Positions 28,426-38,849 of a DNA stretch of 64,000 bases are shown here, in pieces. Each line of letters opens with the position of its first letter. Within the stretch, counting starts at the first letter, position 1. The notes under the pieces were generated by a model that searched no databases, had not been told where the DNA came from, and saw only the letters and a list, made by a program, of their open reading frames with translations. Both the position numbers and the translations under genes were made by a program. Source of the DNA: Gemmatimonadales bacterium (GTDB lineage Bacteria > Gemmatimonadota > Gemmatimonadetes > Gemmatimonadales > Gemmatimonadaceae); assembly GCA_038316775.1 (NCBI GenBank), contig JBBQAV010000005.1:598-64597 (forward strand). The letters run 5' to 3'.

Positions 28426-29545
28426 CCCGGGGCATCTCCGGCCGTTCCGATTTCGAAAACTTGAACGGCATCGAGACGAGGCGGGCGCCGCTCGCATCGG
28501 CCACCGAAAAATGGTAACCCTCGTACGCTGCCGCCGAGCCGAAGCGACCATCCTTGGCCAGAGCGTAGAAGCTCAGATCGAATAGCGGCCGCCCGTTGCG
28601 GTCGAGAAGCCGCGTCTCGGTCATCGCGATCACCCGCTCGATCGTTTTCATGCAGGCCTGGTCGGGGGACAGTCCCTGTCGCATGAACTCAACGATCAGA
28701 AATGCGCCGCAGACTTTGATGTTCGCCTCGCCCCGACCGGTCGATCCAGCCGCTCCAACAGTGTTGTCGCAGTACTGCCCCGCGCCGACAATCGGTGAAT
28801 CCCCAATTCTGCCCGGGAGCTTCCAGGCGAGCCCGCTCGTCGTCGTCACCGAGGACATTTCTCCCGCGGCATTCACGGCGTTCATGTTGATCGTTCCAGT
28901 CGTGAATTTCACGTGGAGCGGATCGTCGAACGGCACACTGGCTGTTCCGGGCGGACGCACGTTGTCGGCGCGCGGGTCGAGCCAGTTGTCGGCGGGATTA
29001 AGACACGCCTTCCACCGCAGCCAGTCCTGCCTGCTCTTTTCGGTGAGGAGATTCTGCTCCTTGAATCCCATCTCGAGCGCGAACTTCTTGGCGCCGGCCC
29101 CGACGAGCATAATGTGGTCGGTGTAATCCATCACCGCCTTCGCGACGAGGGATGGCGTCGCGATGCCCTCGAGCGCCGCCACCGCCCCCGCGCGTCTGGT
29201 TGGACCGTGCATGCACGAGGCATCGAGCTGAACGACTCCTTCTTCATTCGGCAGACCGCCCAAGCCGACCGACTGGTCTTCGGGATCGAGCTCCTGGATG
29301 TTGACGCCCGCAATGATGGCGTCGAGGGTGTCGGCATTCTGGCGAGTGAGCATGTCATACGCGCGCGCAACACCGCGGATCCCGTTGGCGGACGCGACGA
29401 CGACCGTGCGTCCGGCGGATCCCGCGGGTGTGGTCCGATTCGGGATCGCCCTGTTCAATACGTCTGCTCGAGCCTGGCCATTCAAAGTGACTGACGCCGC
29501 AGCGGCTGCACCTACTTCAATGAACTTCCGTCTGGAGATCTCCAT
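28406..29545 (-). CDS. Tat-exported N(4)-(beta-N-acetylglucosaminyl)-L-asparaginase (Ntn hydrolase)
   Basis: SRRKF Tat motif, [22 protein letters not shown] cleavage site, [23 protein letters not shown]. Confidence 0.88.
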   Translation of the reverse strand: MEISRRKFIEVGAAAAASVTLNGQARADVLNRAIPNRTTPAGSAGRTVVVASANGIRGVARAYDMLTRQNADTLDAIIAGVNIQELDPEDQSVGLGGLPNEEGVVQLDASCMHGPTRRAGAVAALEGIATPSLVAKAVMDYTDHIMLVGAGAKKFALEMGFKEQNLLTEKSRQDWLRWKACLNPADNWLDPRADNVRPPGTASVPFDDPLHVKFTTGTINMNAVNAAGEMSSVTTTSGLAWKLPGRIGDSPIVGAGQYCDNTVGAAGSTGRGEANIKVCGAFLIVEFMRQGLSPDQACMKTIERVIAMTETRLLDRNGRPLFDLSFYALAKDGRFGSAAAYEGYHFSVADASGARLVSMPFKFSKSERPEMPRVSCRRA

Positions 29546-29617
29546 TTACGTCAGCTCCGGGCTCGGTGAAATAGTGGTTCCGAAAGCACAATTATGGGAA
29601 AGCGGATCCAAGTGTTG

Positions 29618-29706
29618 AGTCGTGAGTGGATCAGTTGTTAGTCGACCAGTGGTTCCCAGTGGTCGCAAACCACTGACAACCACTGGCACACTGACCACTT
29701 ATGACT
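29618..29706. repeat. long imperfect palindrome built of CAGTGGT/ACCACTG units
   Basis: CCAGTGGTTCCCAGTGGT-cgcaa-ACCACTGACAACCACTGG core (16/18 pairs) with pairing outer arms. Confidence 0.75.
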
Positions 29707-29810
29707 GGCTACTCAGAACTTGGATCCGCTCAGCCCAACCTAGGACTCCAGGCGCAACGTGGGCGCCCGACTTCAATAAGGTATGGCCCCAGTATAGCTT
29801 CACGCTACGC

Positions 29811-31283
29811 ATGAGACCCTCACGCCCGATCGGATTGAGAACACTGCGCCTCGAGCCCGCTGGGACGGGCATCGACCTCGACGGACCGACCCGCCGGGAG
29901 CGTGACCTGCTTGGAGAACGCGATGTCCCCGCGTCGGCACTGTATGGGATTCAGACACTCCGAGCGATCGAGAATTTCTGCATCAGCGGCATCGAGCTGC
30001 GCGAATTTCCGGCCCTCATCTGCGCGCTGGCGACGGTCAAGGAGGCGGCGGCGCTGGCGAATCTCGAGATGAAGCTGCTCGACCGGGAAATCGTCGACGC
30101 CATCTCACAGACCGCCGGCGAGATAAGGGATGGCCGGCACCATGAGCATTTTCGCGTCGACATGATCCAGGGCGGCGCCGGAACTTCGTCCAACATGAAC
30201 GCGAACGAAGTCATGGCCAACCGCGCGCTCGAGATCCTCGGCAAACAGCACGGGCAGTACGACTTCGTCCACCCGAACAATCATCTCAATCTCAGCCAGT
30301 CGACCAACGACGTCTATCCGACGGCGGTGAAGCTCGCTCTTCACACCAGCATCAGCGATCTCCAGCTGGCGATGATTTCGCTCGCCGCCGCATTCCTGCA
30401 CAAGGGCGAGGAGTTTGGCGCCTACATCAAGATGGGACGCACGCAGCTCCAGGACGCCGTTCCGATGACACTCGGCCAGGAGTTCAACGCCTTCGCCCAC
30501 ACGATACTCGAGGACGTGGACAGGCTCGGCGAGGCGCAGGCGCTGATCCGCGAGATCAACATGGGCGCGACGGCGATCGGCACCGGCATAACCGCGCCAA
30601 GCGGATACGCGGAGAGCGTGCGCAGGCATCTCGAGCACATCACCGGACTTCCCCTGATAACCGCTCCAGATCTCGTCGAGGCGACTGCCGACACCGGCGC
30701 GTTCGTTCAGCTCTCCGGAGTTCTCAAGCGCTGCGCGGTAAAGCTCTCAAAGATCTGCAACGATCTTCGCCTACTCAGCTCGGGCCCTCGCGCTGGACTG
30801 GGCGAGATAAATCTGCCGGCGATGCAGCCGGGCTCGTCGATCATGCCGGGGAAAGTGAACCCGGTGATTCCCGAAATGGTAAATCAGGTCTGCTTCGATA
30901 TCATCGGCGGCGATGTCACCGTGACGATGGCGGCCGAGGCCGGGCAGCTTCAGCTCAACGTATTCGAGCCGATCATCGCGTTCAGGCTGCTGAGTGGAAT
31001 GACCAACCTCGCCCGCGCGTGCAAGATCCTCCAGAACCGCTGCGTGGAAGGAATCACGGCCAACCGCGAGCGCATGCAGTATTTCGTCGAGCAGTCGATC
31101 GGGGTTATTACCGCTCTCGTTCCGGTTCTGGGCTACGAGGTGACGAGCGTGATCGCGAAGGAAGCGCTGGAAACGGGACGCGGCGTCTACGATCTCGTCT
31201 GCGACCGGGGGCTGATGACGCGCGCCGAGCTCGACCGTTTGCTCAATCCGGAGTCGATGACGGCACCAAGACAGGCGGAATAG
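29811..31283 (+). CDS. aspA: aspartate ammonia-lyase
   Basis: QGGAGTSSNMNANEV, SQSTNDVYPT, KMGRTQLQDAVP, GSSIMPGKVNPV. Confidence 0.92.
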   Translation: MRPSRPIGLRTLRLEPAGTGIDLDGPTRRERDLLGERDVPASALYGIQTLRAIENFCISGIELREFPALICALATVKEAAALANLEMKLLDREIVDAISQTAGEIRDGRHHEHFRVDMIQGGAGTSSNMNANEVMANRALEILGKQHGQYDFVHPNNHLNLSQSTNDVYPTAVKLALHTSISDLQLAMISLAAAFLHKGEEFGAYIKMGRTQLQDAVPMTLGQEFNAFAHTILEDVDRLGEAQALIREINMGATAIGTGITAPSGYAESVRRHLEHITGLPLITAPDLVEATADTGAFVQLSGVLKRCAVKLSKICNDLRLLSSGPRAGLGEINLPAMQPGSSIMPGKVNPVIPEMVNQVCFDIIGGDVTVTMAAEAGQLQLNVFEPIIAFRLLSGMTNLARACKILQNRCVEGITANRERMQYFVEQSIGVITALVPVLGYEVTSVIAKEALETGRGVYDLVCDRGLMTRAELDRLLNPESMTAPRQAE

Positions 31284-31457
31284 CTTTACGCATCACTCGA
31301 AATGTCCGGACACACAGTAGAAAACGGGATGGTTCTTGCCCTCCCAGAACGAACCGCTAAAGGTTAGTTTGTACGTGCTTCACCCGGCAAATCTGCAAGT
31401 GTTTCACCGGCGAAGGTGGGACGCTCCCCAACACGACGAGAACAGGATTTCCTTCGC

Positions 31458-32666
31458 ATGAACGGTTCTAACCGCCTTCGGCGGCTTGCATCCTACGCGT
31501 TGTTCGCCGCGCTCGCCGTCGTGGTCATTTCCTGCAACGAAGCGCATCCAAACACCACGCTCGACCCGCATTCGGACATCGGACGCGAGATCGATTTTCT
31601 CTGGGACCGGCTGCTCCTCCTCGCCACGATCGTTTTCATCCTGGTCGAAGGAGTCCTACTCTTCGTCGTATTCAAGTACCGGCGGAGAGACAACCAGGCG
31701 ACGCCACCGCAAACGCACGGCAGCACCAAGCTCGAGATCGCGTGGACGCTCATCCCGGCGGTGATCCTGGTCTTCATCGCCGTTCCGACGGTGAGAACGA
31801 TCTTCATCACGCAGGCCCAGGCGGCGCCAGGCTCGCTCAACATCGATGTGACGGGACACCAGTGGTGGTGGGAGTTCAGATATCCGGAATACGGAGTCAC
31901 GACCGCCAACGAGATCTACGTCCCGGTCGGGCGCACGGTGAATTTCAGATTGCGCTCCGCCGACGTCATTCACTCGTTCTGGACGCCTCAGCTCGGCGGA
32001 AAGCGCGACGTGATCACGAATCGCACGAATTACATGTGGTTTACTCCCGACAGCTCCACGGCCAGCAGCGTCTGGAACGGCTTCTGTGCAGAGTACTGCG
32101 GCGCGTCTCACGCGAACATGCGCTTCAGGGTATTCACGGTTGCGCCCCAGGAGTTCGAGTCGTGGGCGGCGGGGCAGAAGATGCCGGCGAGATTTGGCGC
32201 GGTTGCTACAACCGCCGCGGCCGGAAGAGCAACACCACCGGGTTACATCTTTCCACGTGAGAAAATCCCCGACTTTGCAGTTCCGCATTCGCGCACCCCG
32301 GCGGACCTCAATTTCACGGCGGGCCTCACAGGCAACGCCCAGCGCGGCAAGCAGGTATTCTCGTCGTCGGCCTGCATAGGTTGCCACTCAATTGCGGGAA
32401 ATCCATCGGCGATGGGCGTAGCCGGTCCAAATCTCACTCATGTCGGATCCCGTAGCACGATCGCGGCGGGACGTTTTCCCAATACGGCCGCCTATCTCGC
32501 GCTCTGGATCAAGAACGCGCGCAAGATGAAGCCCGAGGTTCTGATGCCGACGCTCGGGATGGATGAATACGATCCTGTTCTCAAAGCGAAAGTCACGTCG
32601 GCGACCGGTGGACTCACCGATCAGCAGATCGCCGACATCGTCGCATATCTAACTGCGTTGAAGTAA
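31458..32666 (+). CDS. coxB: cytochrome c oxidase subunit II with fused cytochrome c (caa3 type)
   Basis: lipobox VISC, GHQWWWEF, DVIHSFW, CuA motif CAEYCGASHANM, C-terminal CIGCH. Confidence 0.95.
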   Translation: MNGSNRLRRLASYALFAALAVVVISCNEAHPNTTLDPHSDIGREIDFLWDRLLLLATIVFILVEGVLLFVVFKYRRRDNQATPPQTHGSTKLEIAWTLIPAVILVFIAVPTVRTIFITQAQAAPGSLNIDVTGHQWWWEFRYPEYGVTTANEIYVPVGRTVNFRLRSADVIHSFWTPQLGGKRDVITNRTNYMWFTPDSSTASSVWNGFCAEYCGASHANMRFRVFTVAPQEFESWAAGQKMPARFGAVATTAAAGRATPPGYIFPREKIPDFAVPHSRTPADLNFTAGLTGNAQRGKQVFSSSACIGCHSIAGNPSAMGVAGPNLTHVGSRSTIAAGRFPNTAAYLALWIKNARKMKPEVLMPTLGMDEYDPVLKAKVTSATGGLTDQQIADIVAYLTALK

Positions 32667-32679
32667 CCGGAGAGAAGAC

Positions 32680-34533
32680 TTGGCAACTACTGCGTATCCA
32701 GCGCCGGCGCGCGTCCCAGCCTACTCGGGCGAGCAGACCGGTATTTGGAGTTGGCTGACCACCGTCGATCACAAGCGAATCGGTATTCTCTACCTCTATA
32801 CCGCGCTCGGATTCTTCATCTTCGGCGGCCTGGAAGCGATCGTCATTCGGGCCCAGCTTGGCGCTCCGAACCAGCATCTCGTGTCGGCCGAGTTCTACAA
32901 CCAGCTCTTCACCATGCACGGGACGACCATGATCTTCCTCGCGATCATGCCGCTCTCGGCAGCGTTCTTCAATTTCCTGATCCCGTTGCAGATCGGAGCG
33001 CGCGACGTCGCGTTCCCGCGGCTGAATGCCTTCAGTTATTGGGTCTATCTGTTCGCCGGAATTTTCATCACCGTCCCGATTTTCTTCGCCGTCGCACCCA
33101 ACGGCGGCTGGTTCGGGTACGCGCCGCTCACGACGCGAGCCTACTCGCCGGGAATCAATATCGACTTCTGGGTGATCGGCCTCCTGATCCTCGGCGTCTC
33201 GTCGCTCGCGGCGGCATTCAACTTCCTGACGACGATCATCAACCTGCGCGCCCCAGGCATGACGCTCATGCGCATGCCGATGTTCACGTGGATGGCGTTC
33301 ATCGTTCAGGTCCTGCTCGTGCTGGCGTTCCCGGTCATCACCATCGCGCTGGTGTTTCTGCTGTTCGATCGCTTCTTCGGGACGAATTTCTACAACACCG
33401 TGAGCGCGGGCGCTGACCCGCTGCTGTGGCAGCACCTGTTCTGGATCTTCGGACACCCGGAGGTCTACATCCTGGTTCTTCCGGCGTTCGGACTCGTGTC
33501 GGAAGTTCTGCCGACCTACTCCAAGAAGCCGCTGTTCGGATATCCCGTGATGGTCTATTCCGGAATTCTGATCGCAGTGCTCGGCTTCGGCGTCTGGGCC
33601 CACCACATGTTCGCGGTGGGAATGGGACCGATCGCGGACACGTTCTTCGGACTGACCACGATGCTGATCGCCATCCCGACAGGCGTCAAGATCTTCAACT
33701 GGATCGCGACGATGGCACAGGGGTCGATCCGCTACACAACCGCGATGCTGTTCGGCATCGCGCTCGTCGCGCTGTTCACGATCGGTGGAATCTCCGGGAT
33801 CATGCACGCCTCTCCACCGGCTGACCTTCAGCAGACCGACAGCTACTTCATCGTCGCGCACTTCCACTACGTGCTGGTGGGCGGCTCGATCATGGGCATC
33901 TTCGCCGGCATCTACCACTACTTCCCGAAGATCACCGGCCGCCTGATGGACGAGAAGCTGGGCAAGATCCACTTCTGGCTCACTTTCATCGCCATGAACC
34001 TCACGTTCTTCCCGATGCACTTCTCCGGAATGCTCGGGATGCCTCGCCGCATCTACACCTACGACGGGGGACAGGGCTGGGACCTCTTCAACGCAATGTC
34101 CACCGCCGGTGCGATGCTCTGGCCGATCGCGACGCTCTTCTTCATTTACAACTTCTTTGCGAGCCGCAAGCGCGGTGAGATCGCCGGCTCGAATCCGTGG
34201 GGCGCCGGAACGCTGGAGTGGACGATCCCGAGCCCGCCGCCCGAGTACAACTTCGCCAAAATTCCCACCGTGACCAGCAGATATCCACTGTGGGAAGGCA
34301 AGGAAGTGGACTACGAGTCCGCGCGAATCAACTCGCAGGAAGGAAAGACTGCGCACAACCTTGGAATCGTCATGCCTTACAACACGATCAAGCCGTTGTT
34401 CGTGGCGTTCGGTCTGGTCCTCATGTTCTGCGGACTCATCGCGTCCCGCGCGCTCATCGGCGTCGGCGCGGCAATCATGATCTTCTCTCTTTACAGCTGG
34501 CTCCTGAGCCCGCTCGAGCCGGAGCACCACTAG
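32680..34533 (+). CDS. ctaD: cytochrome c oxidase subunit I (A1 type)
   Basis: TVDHKRIG, TMHGTTM, GHPEVY, WAHHM, VAHFHYV, GMPRR. Confidence 0.97.
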   Translation: MATTAYPAPARVPAYSGEQTGIWSWLTTVDHKRIGILYLYTALGFFIFGGLEAIVIRAQLGAPNQHLVSAEFYNQLFTMHGTTMIFLAIMPLSAAFFNFLIPLQIGARDVAFPRLNAFSYWVYLFAGIFITVPIFFAVAPNGGWFGYAPLTTRAYSPGINIDFWVIGLLILGVSSLAAAFNFLTTIINLRAPGMTLMRMPMFTWMAFIVQVLLVLAFPVITIALVFLLFDRFFGTNFYNTVSAGADPLLWQHLFWIFGHPEVYILVLPAFGLVSEVLPTYSKKPLFGYPVMVYSGILIAVLGFGVWAHHMFAVGMGPIADTFFGLTTMLIAIPTGVKIFNWIATMAQGSIRYTTAMLFGIALVALFTIGGISGIMHASPPADLQQTDSYFIVAHFHYVLVGGSIMGIFAGIYHYFPKITGRLMDEKLGKIHFWLTFIAMNLTFFPMHFSGMLGMPRRIYTYDGGQGWDLFNAMSTAGAMLWPIATLFFIYNFFASRKRGEIAGSNPWGAGTLEWTIPSPPPEYNFAKIPTVTSRYPLWEGKEVDYESARINSQEGKTAHNLGIVMPYNTIKPLFVAFGLVLMFCGLIASRALIGVGAAIMIFSLYSWLLSPLEPEHH

Positions 34534-34536
34534 ACA

Positions 34537-35208
34537 ATGACCGCATCCGTCCACACGAGCGCGCCCGCATCGCACCACTACACGACGCTCGGCATCGACA
34601 ACCGCAAGGTCGCCATCTGGGCCTTCATCGGCTCCGAGTGCATGCTCTTCACCTCGCTGATTTCGACCTACCTGATTTACAAGGGTCGCAGCGTCGTCGG
34701 TCCGCTTCCGCACGAGACCTGGACGGATCCGTCCACGGGGCAAGTCCTCAAGCCGATTCTCAACATTCCAGTCACCTCGGCGTCGACGTTCGTACTGCTG
34801 ATGTCGTCGCTCTTCATGGTGCTCGCTCTTGCGGCGGTGCAGAACAAGGAGCTGCCGAAGCACACGCGCGGTGAGCGCATTCTTGGCAACTCCAAGCTCT
34901 GGCTCTGGATGACGGCGATCGCCGGCACGACGTTCCTTGGCTTTCAGGCCTTCGAGTTCACTTCGTTCGTGCACGAAGGACTGACGATCCGCACCAACCT
35001 GTTCGGCTCTTCGTTCTTCACGCTCACCGGCTTCCACGGCGCGCACGTGACCGCTGGCGTGCTGTGGCTCGTTACGCTGCTCGCGATCGACTACCGGCGG
35101 GGCCTCGGCTCGCGCGATGCGCTTCTCGTTGATATCGCCGCGCTGTACTGGCACTTCGTCGACGTCATCTGGATCGTGATCTTCACTCTCGTCTATCTCA
35201 TCAGGTAA
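34537..35208 (+). CDS. ctaE: cytochrome c oxidase subunit III
   Basis: WAFIGSECMLF, FFTLTGFHGAHV, LYWHFVDVIW. Confidence 0.95.
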   Translation: MTASVHTSAPASHHYTTLGIDNRKVAIWAFIGSECMLFTSLISTYLIYKGRSVVGPLPHETWTDPSTGQVLKPILNIPVTSASTFVLLMSSLFMVLALAAVQNKELPKHTRGERILGNSKLWLWMTAIAGTTFLGFQAFEFTSFVHEGLTIRTNLFGSSFFTLTGFHGAHVTAGVLWLVTLLAIDYRRGLGSRDALLVDIAALYWHFVDVIWIVIFTLVYLIR

Positions 35209-35217
35209 CCGGAAGGA

Positions 35218-35592
35218 ATGATGGATACCCACGCCAGTCTCACCAATCTTCCGGACTCCGCCGAAGGGCAGGCACACGCGCCGCATGCCGAGGTAGAGCA
35301 CGCCCATCCGACCTGGTCCACTTACTGGAAGGTCGCGCTCATTCTAACGCTGATCACTGTCGGAGAGGTCTGGGCCTACTACATCCCGTCCTTCGTCGCC
35401 TCACGCGGGTTCGTCCCAACGCTCCTGATCCTCTCGGCGCTGAAGTTCCTGATCGTCGTGATGTTCTACATGCATCTCAAATACGATCACAGGCTTTTCC
35501 GGGTCCTGTTCAGCGGGCCCCTGCTCATCGCCGCGTTGACGCTGCTGGCCCTGATGTTCCTCTTCGGACATCTCCACATCAAGATCATGTAG
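35218..35592 (+). CDS. cytochrome c oxidase subunit IV family protein
   Basis: KF..VVMFYMHLKYD motif; operon position. Confidence 0.88.
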   Translation: MMDTHASLTNLPDSAEGQAHAPHAEVEHAHPTWSTYWKVALILTLITVGEVWAYYIPSFVASRGFVPTLLILSALKFLIVVMFYMHLKYDHRLFRVLFSGPLLIAALTLLALMFLFGHLHIKIM

Positions 35593-35593
35593 C

Positions 35594-36427
35594 ATGTTGT
35601 TCCTGGCGCTGCTCCATCCCATCGCCACTCTGAGCTGGTGGCGTTGGTCGATCCACCCGAGTACCGCCATCGGCATCGCAGCACTGGGCGCCCTGTACCT
35701 GTGGGCCGCGCATCGCCTCCAGCAGCAGCCGACGCTCTCCCAGAAGATCTTTTTCTTCTCAGGCCTGCTGCTGATGTTCGCCTCGCTCAACGGTCCGATC
35801 CACGACCTGAGCGACGACTATCTCTTCAGCGCGCACATGGTGCAGCACCTCCTGCTGACACTCGCGGTACCGCCTCTTCTGCTCGCGGGAGTGCCAGGGT
35901 GGATGCTGCGCCCGGTATTGAGCACTCGCTTCATTGCACCGGTTGCGCGGTTCTTCACCCGCGCGCCGATAGCCTTCGTGGCGTTCAACCTCACGATCGC
36001 GGTCTGGCACCTGCCGCCGTTCTACAATGCGGCGATGGCGCACCACTCGCTCCACGTCGCGGAGCATCTGATGTTCATGGTCGCGGCAGTGATAATGTGG
36101 TGGCCGCTCATGAGCCAGCTTCCGGAATTGCCGCGGCTCGCGTATCCCGGGCAGATGCTCTACACCTTTCTAATGAGCATCCCGATGTCGATCATCGCCG
36201 TTTACATCGCGATGGCTGACCACGTGCTTTATCCGGCATACAGCGCGGCGCCGCGCGTTCTCCCGCTCACCCCGATCGAGGATCAGTTGCTCGGCGCGCT
36301 CATCATGTGGATTCCGGGCGGAATCATCTTCATGATCATCATGACGGTGGTGTTCTTCAAATGGAACGCCCGTGGCGAAGACTCGACCGCGGGCGCGCAG
36401 GTTAACTGGAAGCCGTCTGCGGCTTAG
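35594..36427 (+). CDS. ctaG: caa3-type oxidase assembly factor (CtaG-like)
   Basis: YLFSAHMVQHLLL...PPLLL, WHLP, EDQLLGALIMWIPG. Confidence 0.88.
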   Translation: MLFLALLHPIATLSWWRWSIHPSTAIGIAALGALYLWAAHRLQQQPTLSQKIFFFSGLLLMFASLNGPIHDLSDDYLFSAHMVQHLLLTLAVPPLLLAGVPGWMLRPVLSTRFIAPVARFFTRAPIAFVAFNLTIAVWHLPPFYNAAMAHHSLHVAEHLMFMVAAVIMWWPLMSQLPELPRLAYPGQMLYTFLMSIPMSIIAVYIAMADHVLYPAYSAAPRVLPLTPIEDQLLGALIMWIPGGIIFMIIMTVVFFKWNARGEDSTAGAQVNWKPSAA

Positions 36428-36924
36428 TCGTCGGTCCCTTCGAGCGCCTGCTTCAGCTGCCGTTCCAGCCTGGGATGCCGGCGCCACAGATAGCCGAGCA
36501 TGAGCGCCGAAGCCAGAAGATTGGCCACGAAGATCTGCACCCAGGATATCTGGCCGAGGGCAGATTGCGTGAAAGCGGCCGCGATCATGTAAAAACCAAG
36601 CGTCATCATCACCACGGCCACGAGCAGCCCGGCGAGTATCCCCGGCGTGCGCTCAGCCTGGTGCACGATGACGGTGAGCACGATCCCTACTACGAAAAAC
36701 GCGATGTAGTGGAAGACCGTGTAGCCGAGCACCTGTGTGAACGCCGTGTCGCCCATCATGTTCTTGCCGAGAACGCTGACGACACCCTTGCCGAGAAAGA
36801 TCGGCGTTCCGAACGGATGGCCCGTGACGGTGTCGACGACGAGGAACCACACCGCAATCGCGGTTGCCCCGATGAAGCCGGTGATCACGCCTTCGCGCAA
36901 AAAGTTGTGCGGCTGTTCAGCCAT
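36424..36924 (-). CDS. hypothetical 4-TM membrane protein
   Basis: GAGGG RBS; REG...G.IGA..IAVWF..VD...G.PF.TP; hydrophobic. Confidence 0.7.
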   Translation of the reverse strand: MAEQPHNFLREGVITGFIGATAIAVWFLVVDTVTGHPFGTPIFLGKGVVSVLGKNMMGDTAFTQVLGYTVFHYIAFFVVGIVLTVIVHQAERTPGILAGLLVAVVMMTLGFYMIAAAFTQSALGQISWVQIFVANLLASALMLGYLWRRHPRLERQLKQALEGTDD

Positions 36925-36993
36925 CGGATCCCTCAGGTGCGGTTTAGAGCAACTGTCCTGGGAGAAAATACCCAATCACGGGGTATATTCCAA

Positions 36994-37052
36994 GCGAGCA
37001 TAATGCCTCGCCGTGATGCCAAGCGCGTCTCGTCGCGTGGCACCTTTCTCGC
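36994..37052. promoter_or_regulatory. back-to-back sigma54-like -24/-12 elements
   Basis: minus strand GGCATTATGCTCGC (37007-36994) and plus strand TGGCACCTTTCTCGC (37038-37052), both GG-N10-GC. Confidence 0.4.
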
Positions 37053-37111
37053 CATGTGATGCCGTTCCGCTCAACCTCTATCGAAATGCTTTTCCAGAGC
37101 CACTACGCTCG

Positions 37112-38656
37112 ATGATGTTCTCACGTAGAATTCGGATCGCAATCCTGGTCGCAGTCACCGCGTGCGCGGTCACCCCCACCATCGTCGAGTCGCAGACCAG
37201 AAAGAGAACCACGACCACGAGACGCAGGGTGAAAAAACGGCCCCGGCCGCCAGCCGTGCCCGTTGTGCGCTACAGCACGACGCGAAGCTCCGCCGACCTG
37301 GCGCAGGCGCTCGGCGGACTCGCATCGCGCATTCGGAGTGGAATGTGGGGGGGAATGGTCGTGTCTCTCACCCGCGGCGACACCTTGTACGCGAACAACG
37401 CCGGCGAGGAGATGGTGCCGGCGTCGACGATGAAGCTGTTGACCAGCGCGATCGCGTTCGAGCGGTTCGGCCCCAACTACCAGTTCAGCACGGACGCGCT
37501 GCGTGACGCGCCCGTAGGTCCTGACGGTACCGTAACCGGGAATCTCTACCTTCGCGGTGATGGCGACCCGGCGCTCTCCGGAAAATTTCTCCCGGGTGGC
37601 CCTTCGGCGCCGATGAATCGTCTTGCCGACCTCGTCGCGTCGAAGGGGATCAAGCACGTGACCGGCAACATCATCGGCGATGCGAGCGGGTTCGATGATC
37701 AGAAGGTTCCCGACGGATGGCTTTCGCGCTACCTCCAGGCCTCCTACGCCGCGCGCGTTTCAGCGCTTTCGCTCAACGAGAATCTGGTGGTGGTGTCGGT
37801 GACGCCTACCTCGCCGGGAAAACCCGCGACCGTGGTCCTCGAGCCATCGACCAGCGCAATTCCGCTCGTAGCCAACGTGCGGACGGTGGCCGGAGGCGGC
37901 GCACGCCTCGGGTTCCGAAAGCGGAGTGATGGAACGATCACGGCAAGCGGGTCCATCGGATCTCGCACAAGCACCAGAAAATACGTCTACATCGTCGAGG
38001 ATCCGGCGAGCTTCGCGGCAGGAGCATTCAGGGAAGCGCTCATCTCCCGCGGAATAAAAGTCGACGGTGGCATTCAGCTCGGGAAAACTCCGGCGACGGC
38101 GACCAAGGTAGCGAGCCTGCTTTCTCCGCCTCTGGCCACCATGGTTGCGGCGATGAACCGCGAGAGCATCAACCATTACGCCGAGCTGCTGTTCCGGAAC
38201 GCCGCGCGTGGTCCGCAGCGCGATGAGGTGGGATCCGTTGCCAGTGCCAGCGCCCTGCTCGACGGTTTCTTCGCTGCCAAGGTCGGAGCCGATACGACAC
38301 GGCTCACCTTTGCCGATGGGAGCGGGCTTTCGACCCTCGATCGCGTTACACCGAGAGCCCAGGTCCAACTGCTCGGCTATGCCCACCGCGCTTCGTGGGG
38401 GCCATGGCTTCACTCGTCGCTCCCGGTTGCCGGGGATTCCGAGCTCCTCAAGCGTCGGATGCGGAATACTCCCGCCGAGGGTAACCTCCACGCCAAGACC
38501 GGCACAACGAACGACGTCATCGCCCTGGCCGGGTACGTTACTGCGGTAAATGGTGAGGTGCTCGCCTTCTCGTTCCTTTACAACGGCCGGGACCGCTGGA
38601 CGGCCAAAGCGATGATCGACGTCATGAGCGAAACATTGGCGAGCTTTGGGCGGTAA
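37112..38656 (+). CDS. dacB: D-alanyl-D-alanine carboxypeptidase/endopeptidase (PBP4, peptidase S13)
   Basis: PASTMK (SxxK), GDGDP, ESIN (SxN), DGSGLS, AKTGT (KTG). Confidence 0.93.
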   Translation: MMFSRRIRIAILVAVTACAVTPTIVESQTRKRTTTTRRRVKKRPRPPAVPVVRYSTTRSSADLAQALGGLASRIRSGMWGGMVVSLTRGDTLYANNAGEEMVPASTMKLLTSAIAFERFGPNYQFSTDALRDAPVGPDGTVTGNLYLRGDGDPALSGKFLPGGPSAPMNRLADLVASKGIKHVTGNIIGDASGFDDQKVPDGWLSRYLQASYAARVSALSLNENLVVVSVTPTSPGKPATVVLEPSTSAIPLVANVRTVAGGGARLGFRKRSDGTITASGSIGSRTSTRKYVYIVEDPASFAAGAFREALISRGIKVDGGIQLGKTPATATKVASLLSPPLATMVAAMNRESINHYAELLFRNAARGPQRDEVGSVASASALLDGFFAAKVGADTTRLTFADGSGLSTLDRVTPRAQVQLLGYAHRASWGPWLHSSLPVAGDSELLKRRMRNTPAEGNLHAKTGTTNDVIALAGYVTAVNGEVLAFSFLYNGRDRWTAKAMIDVMSETLASFGR

Positions 38657-38787
38657 TATTTTGATGCGCTCTGATGAGCCTCAACCCTCGAAAACGGCGT
38701 TAAAGTCGAAAGGTCCGCGGAGGTAGACGTAGAGGGATAACCCATTGGAAAACATATATTTAGCTCATTAAGAAAAAAGCCCGAAAT

Positions 38788-38802
38788 TGGCATTTTTCCT
38801 GC
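38788..38802 (+). promoter_or_regulatory. sigma54-like promoter
   Basis: TGGCATTTTTCCTGC (GG-N10-GC) preceded by an AT-rich tract, ~50 nt before ATG 38850. Confidence 0.45.
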
Positions 38803-38849
38803 GCCAGTTGAGTACATTGCGTGAGTGGTCCGCGTGAGGTCATAGATCG

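Noticed and set aside
29618-29706. Possible CRISPR array
   Set aside because: Units are 7-9 nt and inverted, without unique spacers; no cas genes in the window
32614-35307. 897-aa antisense ORF over the cox operon, and similar long shadow ORFs (45641-47581, 14871-16598, 56663-58003)
   Set aside because: They overlap well-supported genes and have Arg/Ala-rich composition typical of high-GC shadow frames
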